In this document: piece after piece, positions 62,325-64,000 of the stretch
Layout of the letters: every line of letters starts with the position of its first letter
Numbering within the stretch: position 1 is the first letter of the stretch
NCBI GenBank assembly: GCA_973851085.1
Contig: OZ316775.1
Location: 21,824,001-21,888,000, forward strand
DNA length: 64,000 nucleotides
From: Ptychomitrium polyphyllum
Lineage: Eukaryota
Direction: 5' to 3'
Notes under the pieces: generated by a model
The model's input: the letters and a program-made list of their open reading frames with translations, nothing else
What the model was told of the DNA's origin: nothing
Database searches by the model: none
Program-made: the position numbers and the translations under genes

Positions 62325-64000
62325 ATGGAAACGGAACAGGTCACGATGCCTGTGGAGACGCTACAATTCTCAGACGCCTTGCTGTCGGAACAGCAGAGAA
62401 CCTGCTCAGTTTATGACCCGACTATTAATGACAGCTCAAGTTTAAACTGCCTAGAAAATGAAGAGGATATCTTTCTAGAGGGTCCATATGATCGGCTGCT
62501 TGGTGACACTGAGCACAATTGGTGTCGAGCGGTCTCGGTCGGAACAGGCATCACTGTTCTAGGATTCCTGTTCCCATACCCGCTTAATCTGCCAGATCTT
62601 CAAACTGCCATCGATGTTGTGCAGGTTAGTACCCTCCTCTTGTCGTTCTGTTCAAAATATGGATACGAGAACACCATTGTGTAGTCCGCATACAGTTTTT
62701 TTTATGTCCTTTTTCTATCTTTGCAGTTGCATTGCAGCCGTGTCACTATTAATTTGCCGGTATAGAATTGTTCAACCCTCGCTGCTGCTTGAAAGATATC
62801 GTTTTGAGAGTGAACAGCTGAGACTTCTGGTCAATGTTTTTGGTATCTGTTCTCTTTCCCCGTTCAGATTTCACTCGAAATTTAGTGCAAAATGGAATGG
62901 AATCAATTTACCGCTCTTTTGTAAACAGGGATTTTAGAGAATAGGATTTTGGATCTTCTAATCCAGGTCGGAGGTCACAATCAGGACTATTTTCATCCAT
63001 CGTTTCATGTGCGTGTGTTTTGTTTGTAGAAGATATTGTCAAAAATATTGTTGATGTCTCATCTTTTTATTCTATATTATTGTTAATAGCATTTTGCTGA
63101 ATATTGAAGTTGAATTAGTCGGTGTGGTGCAGCTTCAGCATCCCCGCCTTCGTTCACAGCTCCTTTGGATTCGCGGAAGGCCTGCCTTTCAAGTCTGCAA
63201 TGAGCCGATAATTAAGGTTGAAGTAGTGGAGAATCAGGAAGAGCCACATTGTAATAAAGTTGTTTCAGATGATACAGGATCAACACCTTCTGAGATAGCG
63301 ACGGGCGTTCTCCACGATGAAGACCAACAACACTCTACACCAACTCGTAGGGAAGACTGCGACGCAAAGAGATGGTTACAATTTGTGGAGGACGAGTTAA
63401 ATATCAACATATGGCCTCAAAGAGAGCACTGTGCACAGCCAGTGCCACTATTCGTAGTTCGCCTGTACCTTTTGCCACAGAATCGTTCCCTCATGACCTT
63501 AAGATTACACACAGCTGCTTGTGACCGCGTTTCAGCTGCCACTGTCTCAACTGATGTCTTGAAAGCTCTTTTCAAGATTAGTAGAGGGGAACTTGCTGCT
63601 CCAGCTGTGAATCACGAGACAGAGGCAGAGCTTTCACAGCCACTGCAACACGAAGCAGGCTAGTGAAAATGTTTTTCTTTCTCCCTCATACTCGCACGAG
63701 GAAAGGTTTCAAAATATTTTGTAGTGAACGTTGATATGAAAATTTACTGATTTGACTTATCACACTTCTGCTGCATTCATCAGGGACACAGGATAAGAAC
63801 AGTGGGTTTGATTTATCACCTGTCGAAGCCACAATTCCTCCAGCAAAAGCAAACAAACCTTTTTGGGCACACGGGATCGATCTTCTCGGATACTCGCTGG
63901 GATCAAAACGACATGCTCTGCTACCCTTTCACGATTCCCAGTCACCACGAAGGACTGGATTGATCCGTTCCTCACTAAGCTATGATCATACACAGGCACT
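62325..64000 (+). CDS. Condensation-domain / CoA-dependent acyltransferase-like protein (HxxxD), 3' end outside window
   Basis: Exons 62325-62624, 63133-63658, 63784->64000. Motifs RLLGDTEHNWCRAVSVGTGITVL, LQHPRLRSQL, EDELNINIW, LRLHTAACDRVSA and NKPFWAHGIDLLGYSL match a conserved, largely uncharacterised plant family. Confidence 0.85.

Noticed and set aside
63760..63999. 79-aa minus-strand ORF
   Set aside because: Antisense to exon 3 of the acyltransferase-like gene.

Overview
Eukaryotic plant genomic DNA, most likely a moss (Physcomitrium-like; inferred from gene families, LTR types and AT-rich decayed repeats). Intact spliced genes: a 6-exon COPI-associated/TVP15-like membrane protein (4962-7274, -), a 10-exon GBF-interacting-protein-1/DUF1296 (UBA-like) gene present twice (16224-21888 and 40750-46414, +), and the 5' part of an HxxxD condensation/acyltransferase-like gene (62325->64000, +) with a predicted GC-AG intron. 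About 14.8 kb (15008-29808) recurs almost identically 24,526 bp downstream (39534-54333), ending next to a short inverted copy and a 100-N gap. The rest is decayed mobile DNA (Ty3/gypsy integrase, gag and LTRs, a copia RT piece, possible LINE and MULE remnants) plus a TIR pseudogene. The most interesting signal is hidden from the ORF track: a heavily C-to-T/G-to-A-mutated fossil gene (~25.0-28.6 kb, duplicated at ~49.5-53.1 kb) that reconstructs to a ParB/Srx-like domain followed by a prokaryote-type permuted N4/N6 DNA methyltransferase domain. All assignments were made by eye, without database searches.
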